This document shows, piece after piece, positions 37,301-49,360 of a stretch of DNA of 64,000 bases. The notes beneath the pieces are model-generated. The model saw only the letters and a list, made by a program, of their open reading frames with translations. It was not told where the DNA came from and made no database searches. The first letter of the stretch is position 1; each line of letters starts with the position of its first letter. Source of the DNA: Callorhinchus milii (Eukaryota); the NCBI RefSeq assembly GCF_018977255.1, contig NW_024704743.1, positions 33,854,001 to 33,918,000 on the forward strand, given 5' to 3'. Made by a program: the position numbers and the translations under genes.

Positions 37301-40300
37301 AAATGCTGCAAACATTTTGCCAGCTGATATTCAATGTATGATTCTGTAATTAATGTGTTAAATAATATCTTAAATTATATTTGCGATGCTTATATATTTG
37401 AAACATATAATCAATCTTACATCAGGCAAGCTGGTTGTGACTAGCTTCAAAGAGGATCCTTTCTCAAGGAGGAGAAACAAAAGACCGCTTATAAACAACA
37501 AACTATTTTCATTTCCTTATCAGTCATTTTCTCATGGAAACTTGGTCTGCAGCTGGAGAGAGCTATGTCGAATTTGTTCTTACAAAGGAACTATCTTGAA
37601 AAAGACTATAGGTGAAAGGCCACCTAATCAATGGTATAAACAGAGATTGATTGGAAAGAAGAAGAGAGAAGAAAGAAATTGGAACTTGGAGTCGCAAACC
37701 ATATTCCAGCTTCTAAAGAAGGAAGATCAAGACTACAATTTAAACAACACAAAATGTACAATAATACTTGGATACTTTTGGGCGATATCGAACTGGGAAC
37801 CGTACAACAATACTTGGATACCTTTTGATAACAATTATTAATCTGAAATAATAAATCTTGATTAATTGTATAACATTTGTGTCAGTCTTTACTTCACCAC
37901 AGGGTCACAAAATTAAATTAACCCTTACAAGATCAATGTAGATTTCAATTAAATCAAAATAAATTATAATATGTTATCCTTTCGCCATGTGAAGATATTA
38001 AAAATGCAATTGTCATTGTTCAGTAAAAAATCTGATCTGGTCATGGAATAAGAACACCAAAAAAAAGTAAGGTCTTCATCTGCAAAGCAGGAAAAGCCGG
38101 AAGACTGAAATGTGCTTTTATGATACCATGTCCACAGTTCCTGGAACAATTATTAAACCAGTCAGTGCACTTCACTGGTGACAGGAGTAATGTTTATTTT
38201 TGATGTATTAGCTAGAATCCAAGGCAAATAATTATTACTGTTCCAAACAAATGAATCAGAATAGGCCATAAAACCGTTTTGTTTTTTTGACAAACATATG
38301 AGTGTTTAGTTTATCTGTTCCATTTGGGCTCTTGAATACTTCAATACAATCTCCCCTACGACTTCTCTTCTCCATTGTGAACATTTCCGGTTTATAACTC
38401 AAGTGTCTAATTCAGACTATCATTTTAATTACCTTTCATTGCACTCAGTTCAATAACTGTAATATGGCAGTACCTTATAGTCAGACCAATGCCCTGTACA
38501 AGTTCAGTATACAATCCAGACAATAACCTATTTGGTCCATTTTTGTTGACGGTTACCTATTTTCTTCCTGTAGTTTTCCAGCTGAAAGATCTATAATTGT
38601 TTATAAGGGTCAAATCACACTGTTCACAGATATACTCCAGGTGCGGTAAGTAACTCTCCAACTCCTCAAAATCAACTTCCAATTGAGCTGGAAAAAAAGG
38701 AAAGCTTTCAAATGTCATTGAAGGTCATTCATCTCTTGAGGACTCTCAGGTTGAAAAAGCTCTCTTTAGGATAGTAGTAGCATTAATAGCTCCTCTCTTC
38801 TAGAAAACACGCTTTGCAATGACAATTGTGTTTCCAGCAGGGAACTCCATGTGTGCCATGACGCAAAGACTTTGGCTCCAAGGTTATCTTTGGAACGATC
38901 TTTGGGATGTTGGCTTAATGTCCCTTATGAACATTCAATAAGTTGAACAGAATCAAAGATTGTGAGATGGAGGAGAGCCTTTGTTGATTTATAACTTCAC
39001 AGATTCTCAAGGAACTGGGATTTTTAAGGTAGCTACTTTTTATAGACTCATGTCTTTATGCCACAGAGGAGGGAATTTGGGTCCATTGTGTCTACTATGA
39101 TAGTGCAATCTCCCTGAAAAATCTAATCCAAACTCAATTCTTTGCTCTTTCATGAAACTTTTAGTAGTGTTTTTTAATTGGATTTCTTGACCTAGCTGAT
39201 TGACACTTATTTTAACCTTCCCAACTAAAGATTAACTTTTAAAAGAGACAGAGACAAAACAAGTTGAGGTGCTAAAGTAGAACATTCATTTATGTACAAA
39301 TGAATGATTTATTGTCTTACATTCATTCAGCATTTCATTGTCATGGAAAATCTTTGTACATTATTAATTGCTTTATTATGAATCTCTACCACATCAAATT
39401 TGCATGGCTAATTTAATTCCCAAACTTTAATAAAACATTAAATACGTAGACCGTTAGACATCAAGATTGGTGGTTGATTCAATAAACCATGCATGGATAA
39501 CGATGTTGGGAAGTTCTGATTATTAAAAGTTCACAGAGTTTCTTTTGTCTGTAAATCAAAACCAGTTTGTGGTTAGACCATCTTGTTCTTTTTCTATCTG
39601 CTTCAATATTTCAGCAAAAATGCCTCAGAGGTTTTTGAGCAGTAGAAATAACTCACTTCTGCTTCAGCTTGGGTCCCATGGCAGTTGGAACACACAAAGT
39701 GCTTAACATGAAAAGGGTCAGGACAACATTTGGGGCTTACTGCCAAGCCAATTTAGAGGAACAACATGCATACATGGATTCCTATAGCTCAGTGGTTGGA
39801 GCACTCACCTCACACCTTGATTCCAGGCAGGGCAAAACGTTGAGCAAGTTTCCTTACTCCACACGCCTCTGTTTACGTAAGCAATAAGTAGGAACCCGGT
39901 TGTTAGTCGATTGGTGGATTGCTTTTCCTGGGGTAATAATTTCTTCAAGAAAAATAATAATAATTTGGTCACTCAATCCAGGGACACTACTTGTGGGACA
40001 CTGCTGTGTGCAATTCGCTGCCACGTTTTGCCCGCAAAATATGCAGTAATTGTACTTTACAGTATATTCTGTTAAGCGCTTTGAGACATCTCAAAGACGT
40101 GATAGGGTGCTGTATCAAATGCAAGGATTATTATTGTTATTCTTTATTATTGGCAAAATTAGAAGTGTGTAAGTAAAGGAAGGTGGTACTGATCATTTGT
40201 GGCATAAGGGGGCTGCCTGAGCTTTAGAGGCAGTGCAATGAGCAATGTGGATGATACTTATTGTTAGAGGAATGAGCTATAATGTTTAATGGAACGAGAT

Positions 40301-41418
40301 AGACTAGAATTTCAAAGTTCTAAAGTGGGGCTTGAACCCACAGCCTTCTGACTCAGTGGGAAGAATGCTGTAAAGTAAGACAGGTTGGCACCCAAGATAA
40401 CCCACAAACAGATTCTCTCTCCTTGATTCAGTTTTGTAAGTGACCCAGACCCTATCCAATGAATCACTTGGTGATAGCACCTATAGTTCAATAACATTCA
40501 ATCCGATTTGGAATATAGTTACAAACGCACAACGAAACACCAATCTACAACACTTTAACATAGAATTCCATAGATTCTACAGCACCAAACAGGCTATTCA
40601 CCCAAACTAACTAGTTCATGACAGTGTTTAAGAGTCCACTTGATATTCCCCTACCATCTTCCTTCCCTCCCAAAATGTATTCTCTTCTTCTTGTATGCCT
40701 CATTAGATGGAAAACTTATAAGGGCTGAGCTTAGAAAGGCAACGCTATACAGAAATGGGGGGGGGGTTGGTGAGGGGAGAACAACTGAAGGATTACTTTT
40801 TCTAGGTGTTGATTCTCTATATAAAGAATTACTTCCTTTCGTTTCAAATTCAAGGACTATTATTATATGAAGTTCTTCAATTTATGACTAAGATAAATGA
40901 TCATTGACAATTTTATATTTTTATATTTGGGGTTTGTTCTTGGTCACAACTAAAGAATTTGACACATTTCTACACGTCAGCAATTATTTTGTCACACCAC
41001 TTACCCGCCAATGAGGTGGAGTATGTTATGTCAGTGTACCTTTAGAAACCTTAATTAAACTTTGCTTTCCTTTGCAGTGAAAGGAAAACACATGTTACTT
41101 TTATTTCAGCCTCCATACTCTGTCTGCTTAGTACCACAATCTTGACTGTGTCAACACAGCTTTTATAATTTGAACTGTGACATTTGGGATTTTTATAGTC
41201 CATTTCACATGCAATCATTTACACATTTTATGTCTCATTATTTATTAAACACCCTTTGCAAACATCCATATTTTTAATGATTCCTTTTCATCGTTGCTCA
41301 GGGCTCTGTCCTCGTTCCCCTCCTCTTCACCCTCTACATGCTCTCCCTTGGTGACATCATCTGCAGACATGGGGTAAATTTCCACATGTATGCGGATGAT
41401 ACCCAACTCTACCTCTAT
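31111..41418 (+). repeat. ~10.3 kb segmental duplication, copy 2
   Basis: Matches 18351-28611. Both flanks continue naturally (a CR1 3' tail on the left, an L2 on the right), so this looks like the source copy. Confidence 0.97.
38557..38687 (-). pseudogene. DTNBP1: Degenerate copy of DTNBP1 exon 6 (copy 2, identical to copy 1)
   Basis: Same sequence and lesions as 25777-25907, at offset +12780 within the duplicated block. Confidence 0.88.
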
Positions 41419-42352
41419 GCCTCCACCCTCAACTCCAGGACTACTGGCGTCCTGACCGATTGCCTACTCAAGTCCTGGACGAGGGACAACTTTCTCCAAA
41501 TGAACATCAGCAAGCCCGAGGCCCTTCTGATTGGCTTGCGCCAGTGCCTCTGCACCTCGGGCGCTGGCAACATCAGCCTCCATGGCTGCACACTCAACCT
41601 CACTAAGCCAGTCAGGAACCTGGGTGTCTTATTTGACCCTGAATTGTTCTTTCTTCCCCACATCCGCGCCATGACCGGCACTGCCTACCACCACCTCCGC
41701 AACATTGCTAGACTCCGCCACTGCCTCACCCCTCAGGCTGATGAAACCCTCACCCACACATTCATCACCTCAAGGCTCGATTATGGAAACTCATCGGCCT
41801 TCCCAACTCTTCCCTTCACAAGCTGCAGATCATCCAAAACTCTGCAGCTTGTGTATTCTCACATACCAGGCTCTGTGACCCTTTCACTCCCACCCTCGCC
41901 CGACTCTACTGGCTCCATCCCTCAGAGGATCCAATTCAAGATCCTCATCTGAACTTTCAAGGCCATCCATGGCCTTGCCCTTTCCTACCTCTTTGATCTG
42001 CTGACTCCCTACCAACCTGCCCACTCCCTCTGTTCAGGGGGCTCCGGTCTGCTCGATGTCTCCCGCCCGACCCACTCCACCATCGGTGGCCGGGCTTTCA
42101 GCCTCTCTGCTCCTGTACTCTGGAACTCCATCCCAAGTTCCTTTGCCTCGCTTCCTCCCTTGCCTCCTTCAAGGCTGGTCTCAAGACCCTCCTCTTCGAT
42201 CGTGCCTTTAGTCACCCTCCAACTTCTCTGCCTTCCCTTACCCCTACAGTACCCCTCCCCCATGCTCGGGTCCTGACCTCTGACTATCCAGCGCCTTGGG
42301 ACATCCTCCCAACATGAAAGGCGCTCTATAAATGTAATTTTTGTTGTTGTTG
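41298..42352 (+). mobile_element. 5'-truncated L2 LINE with RT C-terminal part and (GTT)n tail
   Basis: [19 protein letters not shown] (RT YADD motif), VRNLGVLFD and SRLDY. The tail is cagcgccttgggacatcctcccaacatgaaaggcgctctataaatgtaattttt(gtt)n. Confidence 0.95.
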
Positions 42353-42389
42353 CAGTTTGAGATTGGTTGACCTCTAGTTTGACACTGTA

Positions 42390-42706
42390 GGCGTCCTGTA
42401 GCTCAGTGGTTAGAGGACTCGCTTTGCAAGCGAGAGACCTGAGTTCAATTCCAGGCAGGGCGAAACCTTGGGCAAGTTTCCTTACTCCACACGCCTAATA
42501 ATAATTCCCCCAAAACCAAAAACAATAATAAATTGGTCATTTTCAATCTACGACTGTTTGTGGGGACATTGCTGTGCGCAATTGGCTGCCGTGTTCGCCC
42601 ACAAATATACAGTCAATTCACTTTACAGTGTGTTCTGTGAAGTGCTTTGGGACGTTCTCCCGATGTGGAGGATCAAATGCAAGGATTATTATTATTATTA
42701 TTATTA
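42390..42706 (+). mobile_element. tRNA-derived SINE, short variant
   Basis: Full head, body and (tat)n tail as at 43838. Confidence 0.92.
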
Positions 42707-43014
42707 CTGTAATGCTGTATCGCCTCAATGCTTCCTTTTTTTTTATAAAAGTCTAAGTAACTGGGAAACGTTGATAATGTAGGAAAGGAAATGTTGCACA
42801 ATATTTTGGAACACATTTTTGTAGTTTTCAAATCAAGGTATTTTGAATGTAGACAAGTCTAATCCCTCCGAACAATAACTTCGTTATTGACCTCTCAACT
42901 ATAATGATAGAATTTTAGAAATTTACAACAAGATTATATTTGTATAGCGCCTTTCACGTCAGGAGGACGTCAAAAAGGCGCTGGACAGTGTACAGCATTT
43001 CAGACCCAAGAACA

Positions 43015-43310
43015 TTGAGCAAGTTTCTTTACTCCACACGCCTCTGTTTACCTAGCAGTTAGTAGGAACGTGGTTGTAGGTCTCTTGGCGGATCGCTTTT
43101 CCAGGGATAATAATTTCGTTATAAAACATAATATATTGGTCACTCAATCCACGACAGTTTGTGGGACACTGCTGTGCGCATTTGGCTGTCCCGTATTCCC
43201 TTCAAAATATACAGTCAATTCACTTACAGTATATTCTGTGAAGCGCTTTGAGACATCTCAAAGAAGTGGTAAGGCGCTATATCAAATGCAAGGATTATTA
43301 TTATTATTAC
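43015..43310 (+). mobile_element. SINE, long variant, 5'-truncated
   Basis: Starts at ttgagcaagtttctttactccacacgcctctgtttacctagcag and has the family tail. Confidence 0.88.
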
Positions 43311-43837
43311 TTACCTCTTGAAACCCACAATGGACTCTTCTTCTTCTGCATGCATATTGTGATTTTTCAACAAAAGTTTAACCTGGGGGCTTGCAGAATA
43401 AACCAGTCTTAGTGCAACCTCTCTCTCAGCACATCAGCTCATCCATTTGAGAATGCTACAGCCTTATGTACAAGAGCCAGAATTCTGCATTACACTCATG
43501 TCATTGTTGTGAATGGCTCTTTACGGCAGCAAGGTTTTCAGCAGGTGTTCTTGACAGGTTTATATTGAAAAAATTAATTGCTTGGAAAGATAATTAAGTG
43601 TCCAGTGATATGAGGAGAAAATTTACTCCCTAAATTAAGTGCTTCTCAATATCACAACAATAATTGAAAATGTAAGACAGTGCTTGAAACAATAGGTGAT
43701 TCTGGTTCTATTTATTGACAGTCTGTTCAGCTCTTGTCTTTCAGAGTCTTTGTCAGTACAGATGCTTTAGCTATCAGATTACCAACAATGAAAAACACAG
43801 GATAGCTCCATCCTTTTGCTTATCCTTTTTGCTTTGT

Positions 43838-44172
43838 GGAGTCCTGTAGCTCAGTGGTTAGAGCACTCGCTTTGCAAGCGAGAGACCTGAGTTCAATTCC
43901 AGACAGGGCGAAACCTTGGGCAAGTTTCCTTACTCCACACGCCTAATAATAATCCCTCCAAAAAAAAAACAAACAAAAATAATAATAAATTGGTCATTTT
44001 CAATCTACGACTGTTTGTGGGACATTGCTGTGCGCAATTGGCTGCCGCGTTTGCCCACAAATATACAGTCAATTCACTTTACAGTGTGTTCTGTGAAGCG
44101 CTTTGGGACGTCCTCCCGACGTGAAAAGCGCTATATCAAATGCAAGGATTATTATTATTATTATTATTATTA
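43838..44172 (+). mobile_element. tRNA-derived SINE, short variant, near-intact
   Basis: ggagtcctgtagctcagtggttagagcactcgctttgcaagcgagagacctgagttcaattcc...gggacgtcctcccgacgtgaaaagcgctatatcaaatgcaaggat(tat)n. Confidence 0.94.
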
Positions 44173-44300
44173 TAGAATCATAGAATTATACAACACAGAA
44201 AGAGGCCATTCAGCCCATCGTGTCTGAGCCGGCTCTTTGAAAAGAGCCATCCAAATCAATCCCACTCTCTTGCTCTCTCCCCATAGCCCTGCAAACTTGT
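44172..44300 (-). mobile_element. CR1-type 3' tail
   Basis: tagaatcatagaatt...agaggccattcagcccatcgtgtctg is the reverse of an (ATTCTATG)n-ended CR1 3' UTR. Similar short tails occur at ~13813-13915 (-), ~27755-27800 (-) and ~49790-49885 (+). Confidence 0.7.
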
Positions 44301-45422
44301 CTTCCCCAAGACATGGGTCATCTTCAAAGTAAATCTGAAACAGCAACTGCGCCCTCAAAGCTATTACAACTGGGAAGGATTGCATAAGTGTGGATAGAGA
44401 AGAACATTCAGAAAAGCAGCACTGTACTACCTTTGTCCTTCAGATCAAGTCTTCTCCATCCACAAAGATTTCTGAAACAGATTAAAAAGCAGAAAACACT
44501 AAAGGAAGATTGTGTGGGGTGGGGGAGAGGAGAAGAGGGGATGGAAAGAAGGGAAAGTCAACATAAAAGGTTGGAAGAGTATAAAAATTAAATTGGAGGC
44601 TAATTGGTCCCCTCACCAGCCTTGGACTTTGGAATTGTAAAGATTCTTAGCTTAAGAATGTTTTTTCTTCTTAATCATCATTGAAAAGGTGCATAAATTG
44701 TGCACTTTTCTGAGGAAAGGATAACTCATACCACCTTTAACTCCACAACTTACATTGGTTTTGTAGACAAGTCTAACCAAACTGATGTGGTGGTGATTCA
44801 GATTTAATGCATAAATTCTTTATAACCTTTGGATGGTGATGAGAGTGTTTGGAGTGTTATATTCCATCAAACTAAGCCTTGCAGGTTATCACAACTCTCA
44901 AGCTTTAGTTGCTCACAGCATTTCTTTCTAACCCTGGCCTGCACCAGCTCTGAATATTATTTACTCACAATGGGTGATGCAGCATCTGATAATATAACAT
45001 CATCAATGATAATATCAAATGCTACATTTCCATATCTTTCCCCTTCCCGATTTTCAGCACTGTTGTTGGCTTTTCCAATGTCCTGAATGCTATTGACTAC
45101 ACCTACACACTTGTCCATATTGATCTTTTAAGACTTGGTCGATTTGCAATATAAATTAAGGGTTTAATTTGCTGAATGTTCTTGAGAGATAACCTTGAAC
45201 AGTGCTCGGTAAGTGACACCCATAGCTGCTTTAATTAGGGAGTGAGGCATATGTAGAATGTAAGCACTCATGTTTATTGGCTTAACTCCAGTGGGATATT
45301 ATCTGCCCAAATCATCTTTTATCTCCTCACACAGTCACAAAGTAGCGAAAGTATTGATTTAAATATCTGAAAATAGTTTTTGTTAAACCAATTAATAAAA
45401 TAATAGGACATGTGTAAATTGT

Positions 45423-45790
45423 GGAGTCCTGTGGCTTAATGATTACAATACTCACTTCGCAAGTGAGAGGACCTGGGTTTGATTCCCAGGCAAGGCAAAA
45501 CGTCAAGTTTCCTTACTCCACATGCTTCTGTTTACTTAGCAGTAAGTAGGAACCTAATTGTTAGTCGATTGGTGGATTACTTTTCCAGGGGTAATACTCC
45601 CTTCAAAAAAAATAATAATAATAATTCGGTCACTCAACCAATGATTGGGAAACTTCTGTGCCCAATTGGCTGCTGCGTTTCACTCACAAAATATAGTCAA
45701 TTCAATTTACAGCATATTCTATGAAGCGCTTTAAAATGTCTCGAAGATGTGATAAGGCGCTATATCAAATGTAAAGATTATTATTATTAT
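45423..45790 (+). mobile_element. tRNA-derived SINE, long variant
   Basis: Head, extended CORE-like block and family tail. Confidence 0.88.
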
Positions 45791-47916
45791 CTTGAAGGAT
45801 GTTTCTGTTTTTGCAATAAGAGAATAGTTATACAACTAATTCAATTTCATCACTGGGAAATTGTCAAAACAATGAAACAGTGGTAACCACTATACTCTGT
45901 ACAGTTATTTTCAGAGCTTCAGATCACTATAAACAGTGGCGTTAGAAACCTGATACTTCAAAGCAGGTTTTTTTAGAGACATAATATCATACAAGCACAG
46001 TTGGGAAAGCACAAGAATGTACAATGCACTAACTATAAACATGAAATATATTGTACAGTAAGAAATAGCATGTGGAATAATTCTCATTGCAATACATTGT
46101 GATAGACAAGAGGGATCTCGCTAGATTAGGGAGTTGGCCTGAAAATTAACAGATATTTAATGTGAATAAATGTAAAGTTATGAGACTTATTGGAGTAATA
46201 AGCAGTGGAAATGTAAGCTAAATGGTAGATGTTTAAAAGACCGAAATCGGTAGAATGATTTAATCACTCTGATAGGCAACTAATTGAAACCATCAACTCA
46301 GTATTTGGTGAAGAGAGAAAAATAGATTTTACGGTGGATAGCTAGATGGATAGAGCATAGGTCACAGGAACTGAAAATGGCCTTGTACAAATCACTGGTC
46401 TGGTTAGTTTAGAGAAGCAAATTTCCTCTCTATTGATTTAGCCTCTCTCCTTGTAAATCCCATTACTCATGGTTTACTGTTCGAAATTAGGGACCGATGC
46501 AGTTCCATACATCTTCTACTTACACCCTGATTATAACATAACAAATCATTTTAATGCCAAATTTGGCTTTAAAAATGATGTTATGTTATTTTTATCAAGG
46601 GTATATGACCATTCCACATGGTTCCTGACCTATGGACAGTCAAAGGTAGATGAGATGAGTGACATCTCCATTCCCCCCCTCCTGCTACTGAGCCCGAAAG
46701 CTATTAGATACATAGATATTATCCCCAGCAAGTTACACTCTGATAATGTTAGCAAGCTGACAGAACATCAAGAGCACAATTAGGTAATAAATTAAGGAAA
46801 CAAAAACATTAGCTCACTGATAGTAGATACACATTTATGTAAATATGTCACCTTATATTGAACATGAAATCCTACTACAGTTTCTGCGTCTTTACACCAT
46901 ACAGTAATTGCGCAAGTAATAATAACTGAAATTACATTATTTCCCCACAGGTAACATTGAGTCGTTTTAGCGTGATAAAGTGCTATAAAAGCGCAAGGAT
47001 TTTAAGGGTCAGTGTAATTTCAATGGTAAATTAATTTGTGTTAAATTTAGTGGCAGCTAAAAATCACTGGGTGGAAAAGCACTGGTTAATTCAGGTCCTT
47101 TTTATCACAAATTATGCATTAGTTGACACCCAGAGGCAATGCTGCTAAAATGAACAGCAGCTGGAATTTCACCTCCTAGACTTTCACTTCTGTAATTCAG
47201 TAACACGGTAACTGTTACAAAAATCTGAACATATTTCACATGGACCCTACATGCTTCTCATTCTACTTGCCCGGAGGTCAGTGAGGAATGTTGAAATGCT
47301 CTCTGTGTTACAAGACGCCTCATCAAAATAAAAGTCAAGTATAAATATTTATTCCATACTTATTATTATTATTCCATACTTATATACAGAGTGCAATCCA
47401 TTGGAAGTAATTAACTACAGAATTTCTTCCACATGTATTCTACATAGTTCTTGTGTAAATGCATCACATTCATGTCTCCAGGCTTCCTTTACAGTGGTTT
47501 ACAATTGACTAGCCTTTAATATATTTTGTACATTATAGTGTTCCAAGTGAGTGCCATTACTCCGTTTAATTGGCATGGTTTCAGGCACAGACTTCTTTAC
47601 AGCCCAGATCCAATCAAAATCAGTTTGTGAACAGTCAACAAGAGATGTGTTTATGTTCTGACAACTTTCTCTGCCTCAGAATGGTGTTTATAATATTCCT
47701 TGCATTTGATGTAGCACCTTATCATGTCATTAAGATGTCTCAAATCTTTCACAGAAAATACTGTAAAGTGAATTGACTGTATATTTTGTTGGTGAAACGT
47801 GACAGCCAATTGCACACAGTACCCACAAACAGTTGTGGATTGAGTTAATTTTGTCCAACCAAATCTGAGTGATAAGCTGGTCTGTACTTGGACTTTGAGT
47901 CTCCTGGTTCAGAGCC

Positions 47917-49230
47917 ATAATTTATAAAGCGCCCTTCAGCGGCAGAACCTGACTCCAAGCTGGGGGAGGGAGGAGGTGACCATAAGCACAGTCGAAGAAG
48001 AGGGTCTTTAGGCATTATCTGAAAATGCAAAAGAGCTGGCAAGGCTGAGGGATTGAAGGGGAGAGTTCCAAAGTTGTGGCGTGTAGTGGCTGAAAGCACG
48101 GCCGCCGATGGTAGAGTGGAGGGGACGAGGGACAAGCAGGAGGTTGGAACCAGCCGAGCAGAAGTGGTGAGGCAGTGGAGTGGGGAATAAGCAAATCAGA
48201 GAGGTAAAAAGGTGCCAAGGAACAAAGGAATTTGTAGACAAGAGTGAGGTTCTTGAAATTAATCTGTTCTGTGATAGGGAACTAGTGAAGCCTGGCCAGG
48301 ACCGGTTTGATGGGGTATGGAGTTTGGTACTGGTAAGTATACGAGTGCCAGAATTTTGAATTAATTGGATATTGTGAATAGTGGAGCTGGGGAGATCGGA
48401 GAGGAAGCATTGGAATAATTGAGGCAGGAGGTGGCAAAAGGATGAATAAGGGTGTTTGGCTGCGTTGGGTGTGAGATATGGTCAGAGATGGGCAATATGA
48501 TGGAGGTACAGGAGACCGGTCCTGGTCAAGGACTGGTTGTGGGGAAGGAAGGATTACTGGCAGCTAGGCTACGGACAGGTTCGGTAAGTCTTAGGGAAAG
48601 GTCGGGGAAGTTGAGGGGAGGTCAGAGCCACACAAGAGAAGTCGTTGACAAGAGCCAAGGAGTATGGCTTCCATCTTGTCAACATTCAGCTGCAGAAAGT
48701 TTGCACTCATCCAGGCCTTGACAAGCAAGCTGACAAACACCAGCAAACCTAGAGTCAAAACTGGAGAAGTGAATTTGGGTACCATGCGCATACATGTGGA
48801 AGTTTACCCTGTGTCTGAGGATGATATCACAGAGAAGGAGCAAGTAAATAATGAAAAGAATGGGACGAAGGGGGTTACCCCTCAAGTGACCGAGCGGGGG
48901 TGGGAGGAGAAGCCCATTTGCCAAGATGTATTGTTAGCGGTTTGTAAAGTAGTACTCGAACCATGCAAGTGCAGGCTCACTAAGGTGGATGAAGGCGGCG
49001 AGGCGGTGGAGGAAGATGGTATGAGCGACTGATTCGAATGCAGAGGAGAGGTCCAGGAGGACGAGGAGGCAGTGGGAGCCTTGATCACAGAGAGAGAGGA
49101 CTTAATTTGTGATTTTCATGAGCGCTGTCTCTGTGCTATGAGCAGAACTCCCGGACGGGAGGTATTTGATTAGGAAGTGGAGGAAGAGGTGTGAGTGACG
49201 TTGATTGGAAACAACATGTTCTAGAACTTT
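47917..49230 (-). mobile_element. Degenerate L2 LINE
   Basis: ORF pieces AWMSANFLQLNVDKMEAILLG, HRVNFHMYAHGTQ and GGRAFSHYTPQLWNS. Confidence 0.9.
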
Positions 49231-49315
49231 AGCAAGACTGCAAGTTACTTAGACTATTGGATGGGCACCCAATGATTGCTACTCCTAATTTTTGGGGGGT
49301 TAGCCGAATGTCTGA

Positions 49316-49360
49316 CATGTGTGGAAACCCATCATCATGTGTGGAAACCCATCATCATGT
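49316..49360 (+). repeat. 20-bp perfect tandem duplication
   Basis: catgtgtggaaacccatcat occurs twice, followed by catgt. Confidence 0.9.

Noticed and set aside
41338..41952. 204-aa ORF with a YADD motif
   Set aside because: It is a truncated, frameshifted L2 reverse-transcriptase remnant, not a host gene or an intact element.
43838..43915. tRNA-Ala(TGC)-like gene (also 20581, 33350, 42390, 51909)
   Set aside because: There is no proper acceptor stem, and each copy continues into a SINE body and (tat)n tail, so these are SINE heads.
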